DNA of 64,000 nt from Alphaproteobacteria bacterium (GTDB lineage Bacteria > Pseudomonadota > Alphaproteobacteria > UBA7887): assembly GCA_965216755.1 (NCBI GenBank), contig CBDCGL010000011.1, forward strand, positions 2,656,001-2,720,000. Direction: 5' to 3'. Positions 9,470 through 19,193 of this stretch are shown one piece after another. A program made the position numbers and the translations under genes. Every line of letters starts with the position of its first letter. The stretch's first letter is position 1. A model generated the notes under the pieces. That model had not been told where the DNA came from and did no database searches. It was given only the letters and a program-made list of their open reading frames with translations.

Positions 9470-10648
9470 ATGACCGATCAGCCGTCGTTCTCCCCGATGC
9501 AGTATCTCGACAAAGCCCTGGGTGGCTTGCGCGAATTGGGCCTGGTGCCCGAAGAACCGAGCCAAGAAGCGCCGATTATCGCGCTGCTCGACCAAATCGC
9601 CGATTTGGATCAAGACAATGCCGTAGTCATCGCGCGCACCCTGAACCAGGCCTCGCTGTTCAACGAAGTCGTGCGCGAACAGGTGACGGCGATGAAAATC
9701 GGCGAACGCTATGAAGACATCACGAATGGCTTCAACAGTATTCGCGATGATGCTCGCAGCATGGTCGACCAAATCGCCGACGGAAAAATCGACACCCTCG
9801 AGCGCATCCAGAACATCTGGGCCAAGTTCTCGCGCGGCGATATCGCCAGCCGTTTCGACAAGATTAAGGACACCTATTTGTCAGTGGCCCGCGATACCAA
9901 GGACCAGATCGAGCGCGAGCATCTGATCCTCAACGCCTATCAGGATTTCCGCGGCGCCATGAAGCAAGCCGAGGTCTTGGCTCTGGAAATCTTCAACAAG
10001 GCCGAAGGAAAGCTGGATGCCGCCAAAGAAGTTTTGAACGGCGCCATGGCCGCGGTCGAGTCCTACACCGGCGATGATCCCGCAGAACGCGCCCGCCGCG
10101 AGATGACCCGCGATGAAAAGGTCCGCGCCCTGCAGCACGAAGAAAAGCGCTATCAAATCGCCAAGGACTTATCAGACAATCTGACCGTTGGCTACAACAC
10201 CTCGGAAGTGATCATGGCGCGGCTGATGCAAACTACGTCGGCGAAAGAACGCGTTTATTCGCAGTCAGTCAGCTTTTTCGGCACCAACGAAACCGTGCTG
10301 ACCGCGTTGACCGCTTCGTTCACCGGCATGCACGGCCTGCATGAAAGCACCGAGACACTGGAAGCGATGAAGGAAGGCATCTCCAAAAGCTTGGAGGACC
10401 TGGCCGATATTGGCGGTAAGGTGCAGGAAGCCGCGTTAAAAGCCGGCTATGGTCCAACCATTCGCGCCACCGCGGTCAAGCGCCTGGTCGATTCCGTCAT
10501 CGCCTATCAGGAACGGTCGCGCGAAATCATCGAGGAAATGCGCACCATGAGCACGCGCAATTCTCAGGAAATTCGCGACGCCGTGGAAGACGGCAAGCGC
10601 CGCCTGGCGCGCTTGGCGGAGCAAGGTAACGCCCTGGGCCATGGCTGA
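9470..10648 (+). CDS. All-helical coiled-coil protein, possibly TelA/KlaB-like (family often labelled cell surface protein)
   Basis: 392 aa, no signal peptide, heptad-rich, one mildly hydrophobic segment (VSFFGTNETVLTALTASFTGM); TelA resemblance is inference. Confidence 0.6.
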   Translation: MTDQPSFSPMQYLDKALGGLRELGLVPEEPSQEAPIIALLDQIADLDQDNAVVIARTLNQASLFNEVVREQVTAMKIGERYEDITNGFNSIRDDARSMVDQIADGKIDTLERIQNIWAKFSRGDIASRFDKIKDTYLSVARDTKDQIEREHLILNAYQDFRGAMKQAEVLALEIFNKAEGKLDAAKEVLNGAMAAVESYTGDDPAERARREMTRDEKVRALQHEEKRYQIAKDLSDNLTVGYNTSEVIMARLMQTTSAKERVYSQSVSFFGTNETVLTALTASFTGMHGLHESTETLEAMKEGISKSLEDLADIGGKVQEAALKAGYGPTIRATAVKRLVDSVIAYQERSREIIEEMRTMSTRNSQEIRDAVEDGKRRLARLAEQGNALGHG

Positions 10649-11567
10649 CGCCACCCGCCCGCTGGACGATGTCATGCTGGCGATGGATGTCGTCGACACC
10701 CTACGCCATCGCCGAAAACTGGTCGAAAGGGAGCTGGGCGCCGACAGCCGCGACGCCCAGCTGATTGACCGCTTGCGCGAAATCTATGCCGCCCAAGGCA
10801 TCGACGTGCCCGATTCGGTTTTGGCCGAAGGCGTGACGGCGCTGAAAGAAGAACGGTTCGTTTACGAGCCGCCGCCGCCGGGGCTCAGTCGCACGCTGGC
10901 GCATCTGTACGTCAGTCGACGCCGGTGGGGCATACCGGCATTGGCGGGCATCGCCATCATCATCGCTGGTTTTATCGCCTATGATTTCGGCTACAAGCGG
11001 CCGCAGGAAGCCCGCCAAGCCGAGCAAGTAATCGCCCTGGCGGAAACGATTCCCAACGAACTGAACGCGCTGAACGCCGAGATCGAAACCCTGGCGCGCG
11101 ACCAAGACGCGGTCGCTCAGGCGACCGCATTGCGCGACCGGGGGTTGACCGCTGCGGCCGCCGGCACCGCCGCTCAGGCCGAGGCCGCGCTCGCCGACTT
11201 GAAGGCACTCAAGGCACAACTCAACCAAACCTACGAAGTCCGTATCGTCTCGCGGCCCGGTACGCCAAGCGGTGTTTGGCGTGTGCCGGACAACAATCCC
11301 AACGCGCGCAATTTTTATTTGATTGTCGAGGCACGCGATCCGAACGGCGATCCGGTTTCGGTCACGGTCACCAGCGAGGAAGACGGCGGTACCAAGGCGG
11401 TCGAAATGTGGGGCGTGCGCGTCGACGAAAGCGCGTTTAATGCGGTGCGCGCCGACAAGGAAGACGACGGCATCGTGCAAGACAGTCTGCTCGGCGTGAA
11501 GGAACGCGGTGCTCTGACGCCGGACTATGTGGTGCCGACCACCGGCGCCGCCATCTTTGAGTGGTAA
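10641..11567 (+). CDS. Single-pass membrane protein, DUF6384-like
   Basis: LDDVMLAMDVVDTLRH N-terminus, one TM (WGIPALAGIAIIIAGFIAY), helical stalk, beta-rich C-terminus (NFYLIVEA, WGVRV, DDGIVQ, GAAIFEW); 8-bp overlap with upstream gene; DUF number from memory. Confidence 0.65.
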   Translation: MADATRPLDDVMLAMDVVDTLRHRRKLVERELGADSRDAQLIDRLREIYAAQGIDVPDSVLAEGVTALKEERFVYEPPPPGLSRTLAHLYVSRRRWGIPALAGIAIIIAGFIAYDFGYKRPQEARQAEQVIALAETIPNELNALNAEIETLARDQDAVAQATALRDRGLTAAAAGTAAQAEAALADLKALKAQLNQTYEVRIVSRPGTPSGVWRVPDNNPNARNFYLIVEARDPNGDPVSVTVTSEEDGGTKAVEMWGVRVDESAFNAVRADKEDDGIVQDSLLGVKERGALTPDYVVPTTGAAIFEW

Positions 11568-11576
11568 ACGACCCCG

Positions 11577-13001
11577 ATGCTGTCTGGCCCCGATGCACTT
11601 CAATCGATCGACCGTGGCCTCAACGAGGCGCAACGCGATTTGGAAACAACCCAGGCCCGTGTCAAACGCGCTACCGACGAACTGGCGGCGTTGGATGAAT
11701 CCGAGGCCGAAAGTTATCGAAAGCTGGCACGGGCGCGGCTGGACGCACTGGCCCGCGATGAGGTCCTCAAGGGCTTGGACGCCTCAGACAAACGCGCCCG
11801 GGCTTTGCTCGCCGATCATGCTAACGCTTTGGAGGTGCTCGAAGAGCGCGTCGCCGAGGCCGCGCGCGAACAGGAAAGAAGCGAGCGCCAGCGCGACGCA
11901 CAAGCCGAGCGGGTCGCCGCCGCCATCGAAGCCTTCGACGACGCGGTTGCCGAAACACAACAGCGTTTGACAACTGACGCGCCCTATCAAGCGCAGTTGA
12001 CCAAAACCAAACAGGCCGACGCGGTCGCGGCCAACGCGGAAAACAAAACCGAGTTGGCACAGGCCGACCGCGACGAAAAAGGCCGCCCCTATGAAGCCGG
12101 CCCGTTGTTCATGTATTTGTGGAACCGCGGCTATGGTACACCGCGCTATCGTGCCGGCACCATTGCGCGCTTTTTCGATCGCAAGGTGGCGCGATTGTGC
12201 CGCTTCGATAAAGCGCGCGCCAACTATCACATGCTGTGTGAAATCCCCAAGCGACTGGCGGAGCACGCAGCGACCGTGCGTGCGGCAGCCGAAGACGAAT
12301 TGGCCGCGCTCGAAGACCTGGAAAACGCCGCGATGACGGCCGATGGAGTGGATGCCCTGCGTGACGCCGTGGCCCGGGAAGAGCAGGCCTTGAACGCGAT
12401 CGAAGAACAAATTGCCGCGGCCGAAGCCAAACAGCAGGAACTTGACGCGGAACGCACGCGTCTGTTTGCCGGTGATGACGACCATTATCGCGAAGCACAC
12501 GACGTATTGGTGCGGGCGCTGCGCCGCGACAGTCTGCGCGACCTGCGCCGCGATGCGCATTATACGCGCCTGCCCGATGACGATGTGGTGGTCGAGGAAC
12601 TCGCCGACATCGAAGACCGGCGCGACGACCTGGAAGACGATATCGATGACTTAAAGGGTCTGATTCGCGCCCAGGAAAAGCGCTTGCGTGAATTGCAGGG
12701 CGTCCGTCGTGATTTCAAACGCCGACGTTATGACGATCGTCGTTCGGAATTCGCCGATGGCTCGATCATTCCAATTCTGATCGGTGAGTTGCTAAAGGGC
12801 GCGATCTCGCGCGACGGTTTCTGGGGATCTCTGAAGCGACAGCATAAATTCCGCAAACGGCGCGCGGATCCCGGCTTTGGATCGGGGCGTATGGGGCGCG
12901 GCGGCGGTCCCTGGTCTGGTGGACGCATCGGCCGCGGCGGCCGTCCCCTGGGTGGGCGTCGAGTCGGCGGCGGTGGCTTCCGCACCGGTGGCAGCTTCTA
13001 A
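11577..13001 (+). CDS. Long coiled-coil hypothetical protein with Gly/Arg-rich C-terminal tail
   Basis: Extended heptads, central YEAGPLFMYLWNRGYGT motif, tail ends GGGGFRTGGSF. Confidence 0.75.
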   Translation: MLSGPDALQSIDRGLNEAQRDLETTQARVKRATDELAALDESEAESYRKLARARLDALARDEVLKGLDASDKRARALLADHANALEVLEERVAEAAREQERSERQRDAQAERVAAAIEAFDDAVAETQQRLTTDAPYQAQLTKTKQADAVAANAENKTELAQADRDEKGRPYEAGPLFMYLWNRGYGTPRYRAGTIARFFDRKVARLCRFDKARANYHMLCEIPKRLAEHAATVRAAAEDELAALEDLENAAMTADGVDALRDAVAREEQALNAIEEQIAAAEAKQQELDAERTRLFAGDDDHYREAHDVLVRALRRDSLRDLRRDAHYTRLPDDDVVVEELADIEDRRDDLEDDIDDLKGLIRAQEKRLRELQGVRRDFKRRRYDDRRSEFADGSIIPILIGELLKGAISRDGFWGSLKRQHKFRKRRADPGFGSGRMGRGGGPWSGGRIGRGGRPLGGRRVGGGGFRTGGSF

Positions 13002-13141
13002 GGTTCGCGGCGCAAGCCTTGGCCCATATGACGGCGCAACGCGGCGGTTAGGGCACGTCTGCCGCGTATAGATGGCAGTTGCCGGTGCACGGTTTGGTCG
13101 CCGATAATCAAGGCAACCGGACCCTGGGGACGAATTGTAAG

Positions 13142-13975
13142 ATGCCGAAATCTCTCGACGCGGACGTGGTCGCCGCCTATCACCGCGATGGCTTTCACTT
13201 TCCCGTCACCGTCATGGGCGCCGACGACGCGGCGCACTACCGTCGCTGCTTGGAAAGTTATGAAGCCAGTGCCGGCGGACCGATCCACGGCGATTTTCGG
13301 CACAAGGTGCATTTGTTGTTCACCTGGGCAGACAAGCTTGTTCGCCATCCGCGGATCCTCGACGCCGTTGAAGACGTGCTCGGCCCCAATCTGTTGTGCT
13401 GGACCAGCAATTTTTTCATCAAGGAGGCGGGCACCGCGGACTACGTATCGTGGCATCAGGATTCGACCTATTGGGGCCTCAGCGGTGACGAAGTTTGCAC
13501 GGCGTGGCTCGCCTTGTCCGACGTGCCGGTCGAAAGCGGCGCCATGAAGTTTTGGCCGGGCAGCCACAAGCACGCCCAAATCGCCCACAACGACACGTAC
13601 CACGCGCACAACCTGCTCAGCCGCGGCCAAGAAATCGCGGTCGACGTGCCCGAAGACAAATCAGTTTTGGTGCCGCTTAAGGCCGGTCAAATCTCGCTTC
13701 ATCACGTCAAATTGGTCCACGGTTCGGCCCCCAACACATCCGGCGATCGGCGCATCGGCTATGCCATTCGCTACATCCCGCCGCATATCGCACAACTCAA
13801 GACCCGCGATTCAGCGACCCTGGTGCGCGGCACCGACGACCATCACCATTTCGATCCGGAGACGGCACCCAACGCCGACATGGATGCGTCCGCCATCGCG
13901 GCGCACCGCGATGCCGTCAGCAGGCAAATCGCCGCCCTTTACGAAGGTACCGAGAAATCCGAATTTCGGGCCTGA
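13142..13975 (+). CDS. Phytanoyl-CoA dioxygenase (PhyH)-family Fe(II)/2OG oxygenase
   Basis: WHQDSTYW (HxD), distal HGS, RRIG. Confidence 0.9.
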   Translation: MPKSLDADVVAAYHRDGFHFPVTVMGADDAAHYRRCLESYEASAGGPIHGDFRHKVHLLFTWADKLVRHPRILDAVEDVLGPNLLCWTSNFFIKEAGTADYVSWHQDSTYWGLSGDEVCTAWLALSDVPVESGAMKFWPGSHKHAQIAHNDTYHAHNLLSRGQEIAVDVPEDKSVLVPLKAGQISLHHVKLVHGSAPNTSGDRRIGYAIRYIPPHIAQLKTRDSATLVRGTDDHHHFDPETAPNADMDASAIAAHRDAVSRQIAALYEGTEKSEFRA

Positions 13976-14104
13976 GGCGCGACCGTTGGCACAAGCTTAA
14001 TCTAGCGCAGAGCGTGGAAAATCCGCCGTCCCTATCTTCGACCCCTATATCGCGCACGTTGCGACACGCACATTTCGGACGCATTCAATAGGGAGACGGA
14101 ACAA

Positions 14105-14890
14105 ATGACTGGTTGGAGCCGGATTGTATTGGGCATGACGATGTCTGTGGGAGTCGCCATGGGCGCGGCAAACACGGCCGTCGCGGAACCCACCCAAATC
14201 ACTGTTCGCGTAATTTCGAAGGATGCCAAGTTCATCGGCACGTCGATGGGCGGTGCATTGGTCACAATCCGCGAAGCCGCGACCGGCGAATTGTTGGCAA
14301 AGGGCCGCACCAGTGGCGACACCGGCAGTACCGACATCATCATGATCGAACCGCGCGCGCGCGGCACCGTATTGTCCGGCGATGGCGGCGCGAAATTCGA
14401 AACCGAGCTTGACATCAAGACACCGCGGCAACTGGAGGTGACCGTATCGGGCCCAATGGCACAACGCCAGGCGACGAATCGCGCATCGTCAACCATGTGG
14501 GTGATCCCCGGCAAACATATCACCGGCGGCGATGCGTGGCTGATCGAACTCCCCGGGCTGGTGGTCGATGTGTTGGCGCCGCCGGCCGCCGGCCATTTCG
14601 AAGGCGGCGCGCAAGACGTCACGTTGGAGGTCAATGTCGCGATGATGTGCGGCTGCCCGATCGAGCCCGACGGGCTATGGGACGCCAATGGGCTGGAGGT
14701 CGCCGCGCTACTGCGCCACAATGGTAATGATGTCGGCTCTTTGACCATGACCTATGCTGGCGAGACCGGCCAATTCGCCGCCGATTGGTCGGTGACGGAA
14801 CCGGGTTTGTACGAAGCCATCGTCTATGCCTTCGATCCGGATAATGGCAATACCGGGCTGGACCGGGTCACGTTTGCGGTGAGCGAGTAG
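14105..14890 (+). CDS. Secreted hypothetical protein with MMCGCP motif
   Basis: Sec signal (…TAVA-EP), beta-rich, GGAGA RBS upstream. Confidence 0.75.
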   Translation: MTGWSRIVLGMTMSVGVAMGAANTAVAEPTQITVRVISKDAKFIGTSMGGALVTIREAATGELLAKGRTSGDTGSTDIIMIEPRARGTVLSGDGGAKFETELDIKTPRQLEVTVSGPMAQRQATNRASSTMWVIPGKHITGGDAWLIELPGLVVDVLAPPAAGHFEGGAQDVTLEVNVAMMCGCPIEPDGLWDANGLEVAALLRHNGNDVGSLTMTYAGETGQFAADWSVTEPGLYEAIVYAFDPDNGNTGLDRVTFAVSE

Positions 14891-14930
14891 CGATAGACGC
14901 GCGGCCGGCGCGCGAGCCACGGAGAGGAAC

Positions 14931-16184
14931 ATGCGTGTCGTCGTGCTCGGCGCTGGCGTGGTGGGGGTGACGGCAGCCTATTATCTGGCCAAGGCGGGTC
15001 ACGACGTGACCGTGGTCGAGCGCGAGGCCGGTGCCGGCCTCGGCACCAGCTTCGCCAATGCGGGTCACATCGCCACGGTCACCGCTCATTCTTGGGCGCG
15101 ACCCGACGTGCCGGGCATGCTGGTCAAGACTTTCGGACGCGAAGATGCACCCTATGCGGTGCGATTGCGGGCCGATCCGGCCATGTGGCTGTGGGCGGTG
15201 CGCTTTTTGCGCAATTGCACGGCGACACGGTTTGCCGAAGTGGCCGCCAACCTGCTGCGTCTGTCTCGCCTCAGCCAGCAATTGCTGGCCGAGCTGCGCG
15301 ACCAAGAATCGCTCGACTATGACCAAATGACGCGCGGCATGCTGCACCTTTATCGCGACGCCGCAAGCTTGGCGCGCGCCGACCAAAGCGCCCAGGCCCA
15401 TCCCGACCCGGCCGCCCGGCCGGAGTCCGTCGACATGGTGCGCTGTTTGGCGCTGGAACCGGCACTGGCGACCAGCCGCGAATCATTTGTCGGCGCGCAT
15501 TATTACCCCCAGAACGAAACCGGCGATGCCCACAAATTTGCCGCGGGGCTCGCCGAACGTGCGGCCGCTGACGGCGTTCGGTTCCGCTATGAAACAAACG
15601 TGCAGGCGCTCACCCGAGATGGCGATCGGGTCACCGCCGTGGCCACGGACCATGACGCGATCGCCACCGACGCGGTCGTGTTGAGCCTGGGCACAGGGAG
15701 TGCGCCGCTGCTGCGCCGGAATGGCGTGCGTTTGCCGATCTATCCAGTCAAGGGCTATTCGGTGACAATTCCCACCGATGGCTACAACGGCGCGCCGACA
15801 TTGGGTATTCAAGACGGCGCGCGCAAAATCGGCATGAGCCGCCACGGCAATCGATTACGGGCCGCCGGCACGGCCGAGTTGGCCGGGTTCGACACGCGCA
15901 TGCGCGAACGCCGGGCCAAAACGATTTTGCGCCACGCCATGGCAATTTTCCCGCAGGCCGGTGATCCGGATAAAGCGTCGCTGTGGACCGGCCTGCGCCC
16001 CATGACACCCGACAACGCCCCCATCCTTGGCCGCTCTCCAATCAGAAATCTCTATCTCAATACCGGCCACGGCAGCTTGGGTTGGACCCTGGCGTGCGGT
16101 TCCGGGCGCCTCATCGCCGACATGGTCTCTGGCCGCGATCCGGGATTTGATCTGACTGGCTTGACCTTCGCGCGCTACCAATAG
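14931..16184 (+). CDS. dadA: D-amino acid dehydrogenase
   Basis: GAGVVG FAD motif, TSFANAG, IYPVKGYS, WTGLRPMTPD, NTGHGSLGWTLACGS. Confidence 0.85.
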   Translation: MRVVVLGAGVVGVTAAYYLAKAGHDVTVVEREAGAGLGTSFANAGHIATVTAHSWARPDVPGMLVKTFGREDAPYAVRLRADPAMWLWAVRFLRNCTATRFAEVAANLLRLSRLSQQLLAELRDQESLDYDQMTRGMLHLYRDAASLARADQSAQAHPDPAARPESVDMVRCLALEPALATSRESFVGAHYYPQNETGDAHKFAAGLAERAAADGVRFRYETNVQALTRDGDRVTAVATDHDAIATDAVVLSLGTGSAPLLRRNGVRLPIYPVKGYSVTIPTDGYNGAPTLGIQDGARKIGMSRHGNRLRAAGTAELAGFDTRMRERRAKTILRHAMAIFPQAGDPDKASLWTGLRPMTPDNAPILGRSPIRNLYLNTGHGSLGWTLACGSGRLIADMVSGRDPGFDLTGLTFARYQ

Positions 16185-16205
16185 CGGTGACGCAATGCTA
16201 CCGCC

Positions 16206-16787
16206 CTACTGCCCTTCCATTCCCATCGGGGGCAGGCCCAAGACCATGATCCGTCGGCGCATTTCTTCGACGCGGTCTTCCTGATCCTTGGCGCCGGCGG
16301 CGAGTTGTTCATTCTCAACAAAAGCCGCGTCGATCTCGGCCCAGTCTTCGTCAAGCAAAACCTCTTCCGCGTGGGAAAACACCTCTTCGTTTTCATATTC
16401 GATGTGGCCGATAATGAAATCAGCGTAGTCCGTCGCGGCCTGAACGAGCACCGCGCGTGACGACGCATCGCCGGGCCGAAACGCAGCGTAGGCATCGGCG
16501 AACGCGCGGATGAGTTCTTGTTCGTCCTGATGCTCCCGATAGAGCCGGTCCAATTTCGGCGACAAACTTGGATCACGCTGGCGCATCGTGCGAAACAGAA
16601 ATTGTTCTTCCTTCGGATGATGGATTTTGTCAGGAAATTTCTGAAGATAGGCCACCACGGCGCCAAAAACGGCCGGGTCTTTCAGCTCGCCACGCGCCAA
16701 CAACTCGGCGTCGATCTTAATGACGCGTGCAACGCCGCGTAATGCCACATGCTCGCGGGCCAATATCTGCATCGATGGCCGCATCAT
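16206..16787 (-). CDS. Hemerythrin-domain protein
   Basis: EH…HHPKEE…EH…HIEYENEEVF di-iron ligand pattern; start at 16787/16784. Confidence 0.85.
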   Translation of the reverse strand: MMRPSMQILAREHVALRGVARVIKIDAELLARGELKDPAVFGAVVAYLQKFPDKIHHPKEEQFLFRTMRQRDPSLSPKLDRLYREHQDEQELIRAFADAYAAFRPGDASSRAVLVQAATDYADFIIGHIEYENEEVFSHAEEVLLDEDWAEIDAAFVENEQLAAGAKDQEDRVEEMRRRIMVLGLPPMGMEGQ

Positions 16788-16853
16788 TGCCCCCCTGCGG
16801 CACGACGTTGGACTCCACCGAATCATAGGCGAATGCGCCGCCGGTGTCTTGGC

Positions 16854-18965
16854 TCATGTGGACGCCAATGCACGTCCCGCGCGCCTGCGCTTGGTCACCA
16901 AGGGGGGACAAATGCGATCGTCGTAGTAGTCGACTTGGCAATCCAAACATTGGAAGCATTCATTCATGTTGATCGCTCCGTCCGCCTGGATGGCATCAAC
17001 AGGACAAGAGGCACGACAGATCGTGCACGGTGTGCCGCATTCGGGACGTCGCCGCAACCAATGCAGCACGTGGGCGCGTCCAAAAATGCTCAAGACGCCA
17101 CCCAATGGGCACAGATAGCGACAAAAAAAGCGTTCGATGCTGAGCCCGATCGCGATCAGCAGCGTGGCGTAGACGACGTAGGGCCAGTCGCGCACGAACA
17201 TGACGACGATCGCGGTCTTGAACGGTTCGATTTCAGCCACCGCATTGGCCGCACTCATTGACCACGCAGCGATCGCGAAGATCGCCACAGCGAACACATA
17301 CTTAACGATCCAAAGCCGCTCATTGACCGCCGCCGGCATTGTGATCTGCGGCACGCGGAACAGGCGCGCCAAACGATTGCTGAGCTCTTGCAGCGCGCCG
17401 AACGGACACAGCCAACCGCAATAGACGCCGCGCCCGAACAGCAACAATGTTGCGAACACATAAATCGACAACAGAAAGATGAGGGGATCCAAAAGAAGAA
17501 AGGTCAGATCACCGCCGTTGAACGCGGCCTGGGCGTAGCCAACAACGTTGAGCGTGGTCAATTGTCCGTCTTTGGCCCAACCGAGCCACACCAACACCAG
17601 CGCCAGAAACGCAATACGCAGGTTGATAAGCTGTCGGCGGCTGCGTGAGAGCGTGTTTTGAAACAGCAAGATAGCGGTCAAAACGACCAACAAGACAACA
17701 AGAACGCCGATATCTTGAACGCGCTCGACCCACACAAGCTGCCAATCGCTGAGCCGGCTTTGGCGCACCAATCCACCCAGTCTGTAAACAGGTTCGATGA
17801 AACCCGCTTCTTCCAGCGCGAAGTCGCTGCCGGACAGATAGGCGAGCGGCATTTGATATGTCAGCGCAAACGTTGCCGGATCGGCGCTCGGCGACTCGCC
17901 GAGGGCCGACGCCTCGATATCGAATTCCAGCGACCAAGGTCGCAGCGGATCAAATCCATCCTTGGCGCTGAGCCAGAACATAAAGCGCTCCTGAAACAGC
18001 GGCGCGCCTTCGGCAATGATCGAGGGTTTGCCCAGCTTGTTGGCGCGCGACAGCGCATATCGGCGTCCATCTTGGACCACGCGGGCCTGCGGATAGCGGT
18101 CGGCAGTGTGCGATGAAAGGCCAAACAGGCGGTATGCACCGCGGCTCGCGATGACCAGGAGATAGCTGCCATGGTCCAATTGCGACAGGTGAAATGTGTG
18201 CCAGCTGTCGCCGAAGAAATTCCGTCCGATCGACAGCGGCGAGGCGATCGCCGCGTACACGTCAAGCACGGTCTGATCTGGATCCAACGGTGCTTGTTCG
18301 CGGGCCAGGGTGGCCGCGAGTTCACCCGCGGTGATCAACTTTTGGGCCACCGCGCCCGAGGCCAGCAATTGCTCCCAGCTTTGCGGCTCGAAACGATCCA
18401 TGTCCAAGCCGACCCGGTCTTCTCCGGCGCCGTCTATGAGCCCTTGTAGGCCTGCGATCTTGCGCGCCGACGATAAAATGGCGCTGCGCATCAGTTCGGC
18501 GCTGACGGTCGCTCCGGAAACGCTGTCGACCGACGCGCGCATGGAACGCAGCGATCCAGCGACCCGAAAGCCGCGCAATTGTTCGAACACGCGCAGCAGC
18601 CGTTCTTCCGGGATTGCGTTGGGGCTGATGATCGGCTCGTGATGTTCGATCAGCGCGACGCCCTGGACTCGCGCATCAAGATCGATGCCGACGATGATGT
18701 CGAAAGGTACGCCCGTGAAACCGCCGATGGGTTTGGTATCGAAGGTCGACAGCAGATAGCCAACGACCTGATCGTCCTTGCGCACCGGCGCAACGCCCGG
18801 CGCACCGACGACCGCGTCAACGCCATCCGCGCCGGGAAATGCCTTGGCCATCACGTCGGCGGTAATCCGTTCGGCCAACGAATCCTCCTTGTCGGCCACC
18901 GCGCCATGCGGCCAAAGGCACAGCAGCGCGGCAAACACCGAGACGAAAACAGTAGCAATGGGCAT
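16854..18965 (-). CDS. NosR/NirI-family FMN-binding, 4Fe-4S membrane protein
   Basis: HHEPI, DSVSGAT covalent-FMN motif, CGWLCPFGALQEL, RFFCRYLCPLG, CGTPCTICRASCP, ECFQCLDCQ. Confidence 0.88.
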   Translation of the reverse strand: MPIATVFVSVFAALLCLWPHGAVADKEDSLAERITADVMAKAFPGADGVDAVVGAPGVAPVRKDDQVVGYLLSTFDTKPIGGFTGVPFDIIVGIDLDARVQGVALIEHHEPIISPNAIPEERLLRVFEQLRGFRVAGSLRSMRASVDSVSGATVSAELMRSAILSSARKIAGLQGLIDGAGEDRVGLDMDRFEPQSWEQLLASGAVAQKLITAGELAATLAREQAPLDPDQTVLDVYAAIASPLSIGRNFFGDSWHTFHLSQLDHGSYLLVIASRGAYRLFGLSSHTADRYPQARVVQDGRRYALSRANKLGKPSIIAEGAPLFQERFMFWLSAKDGFDPLRPWSLEFDIEASALGESPSADPATFALTYQMPLAYLSGSDFALEEAGFIEPVYRLGGLVRQSRLSDWQLVWVERVQDIGVLVVLLVVLTAILLFQNTLSRSRRQLINLRIAFLALVLVWLGWAKDGQLTTLNVVGYAQAAFNGGDLTFLLLDPLIFLLSIYVFATLLLFGRGVYCGWLCPFGALQELSNRLARLFRVPQITMPAAVNERLWIVKYVFAVAIFAIAAWSMSAANAVAEIEPFKTAIVVMFVRDWPYVVYATLLIAIGLSIERFFCRYLCPLGGVLSIFGRAHVLHWLRRRPECGTPCTICRASCPVDAIQADGAINMNECFQCLDCQVDYYDDRICPPLVTKRRRAGRALAST

Positions 18966-19193
18966 CACGACAATGTGCAACCTCGGTCCGGTCAGAGCGT
19001 CTTCGTCTCAAGCTGCCGGCGGTGTCTGGCGCCAAGGTGTTGAACAATATATCAAGGACTTACAGTCCACACGGAAGATTTCACCCTGTCCCGCATGCGA
19101 ATCGCCGCTGCCGCCCGCGTCGGTCTGTCACGTCGACAAAACTGTGTTATCATAATCTTATCGAACCCAGCTGGGGTGATATGAGGTATTGCC

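Noticed and set aside
13142-13975. Fe/2OG halogenase
   Set aside because: The motif is HQD (HxD); halogenases have HxA/G
19040-19055. FNR/DNR box upstream of the NosR-like gene (TTGAA…ATCAA)
   Set aside because: Spacer is 6 nt rather than 4 and one half-site is imperfect
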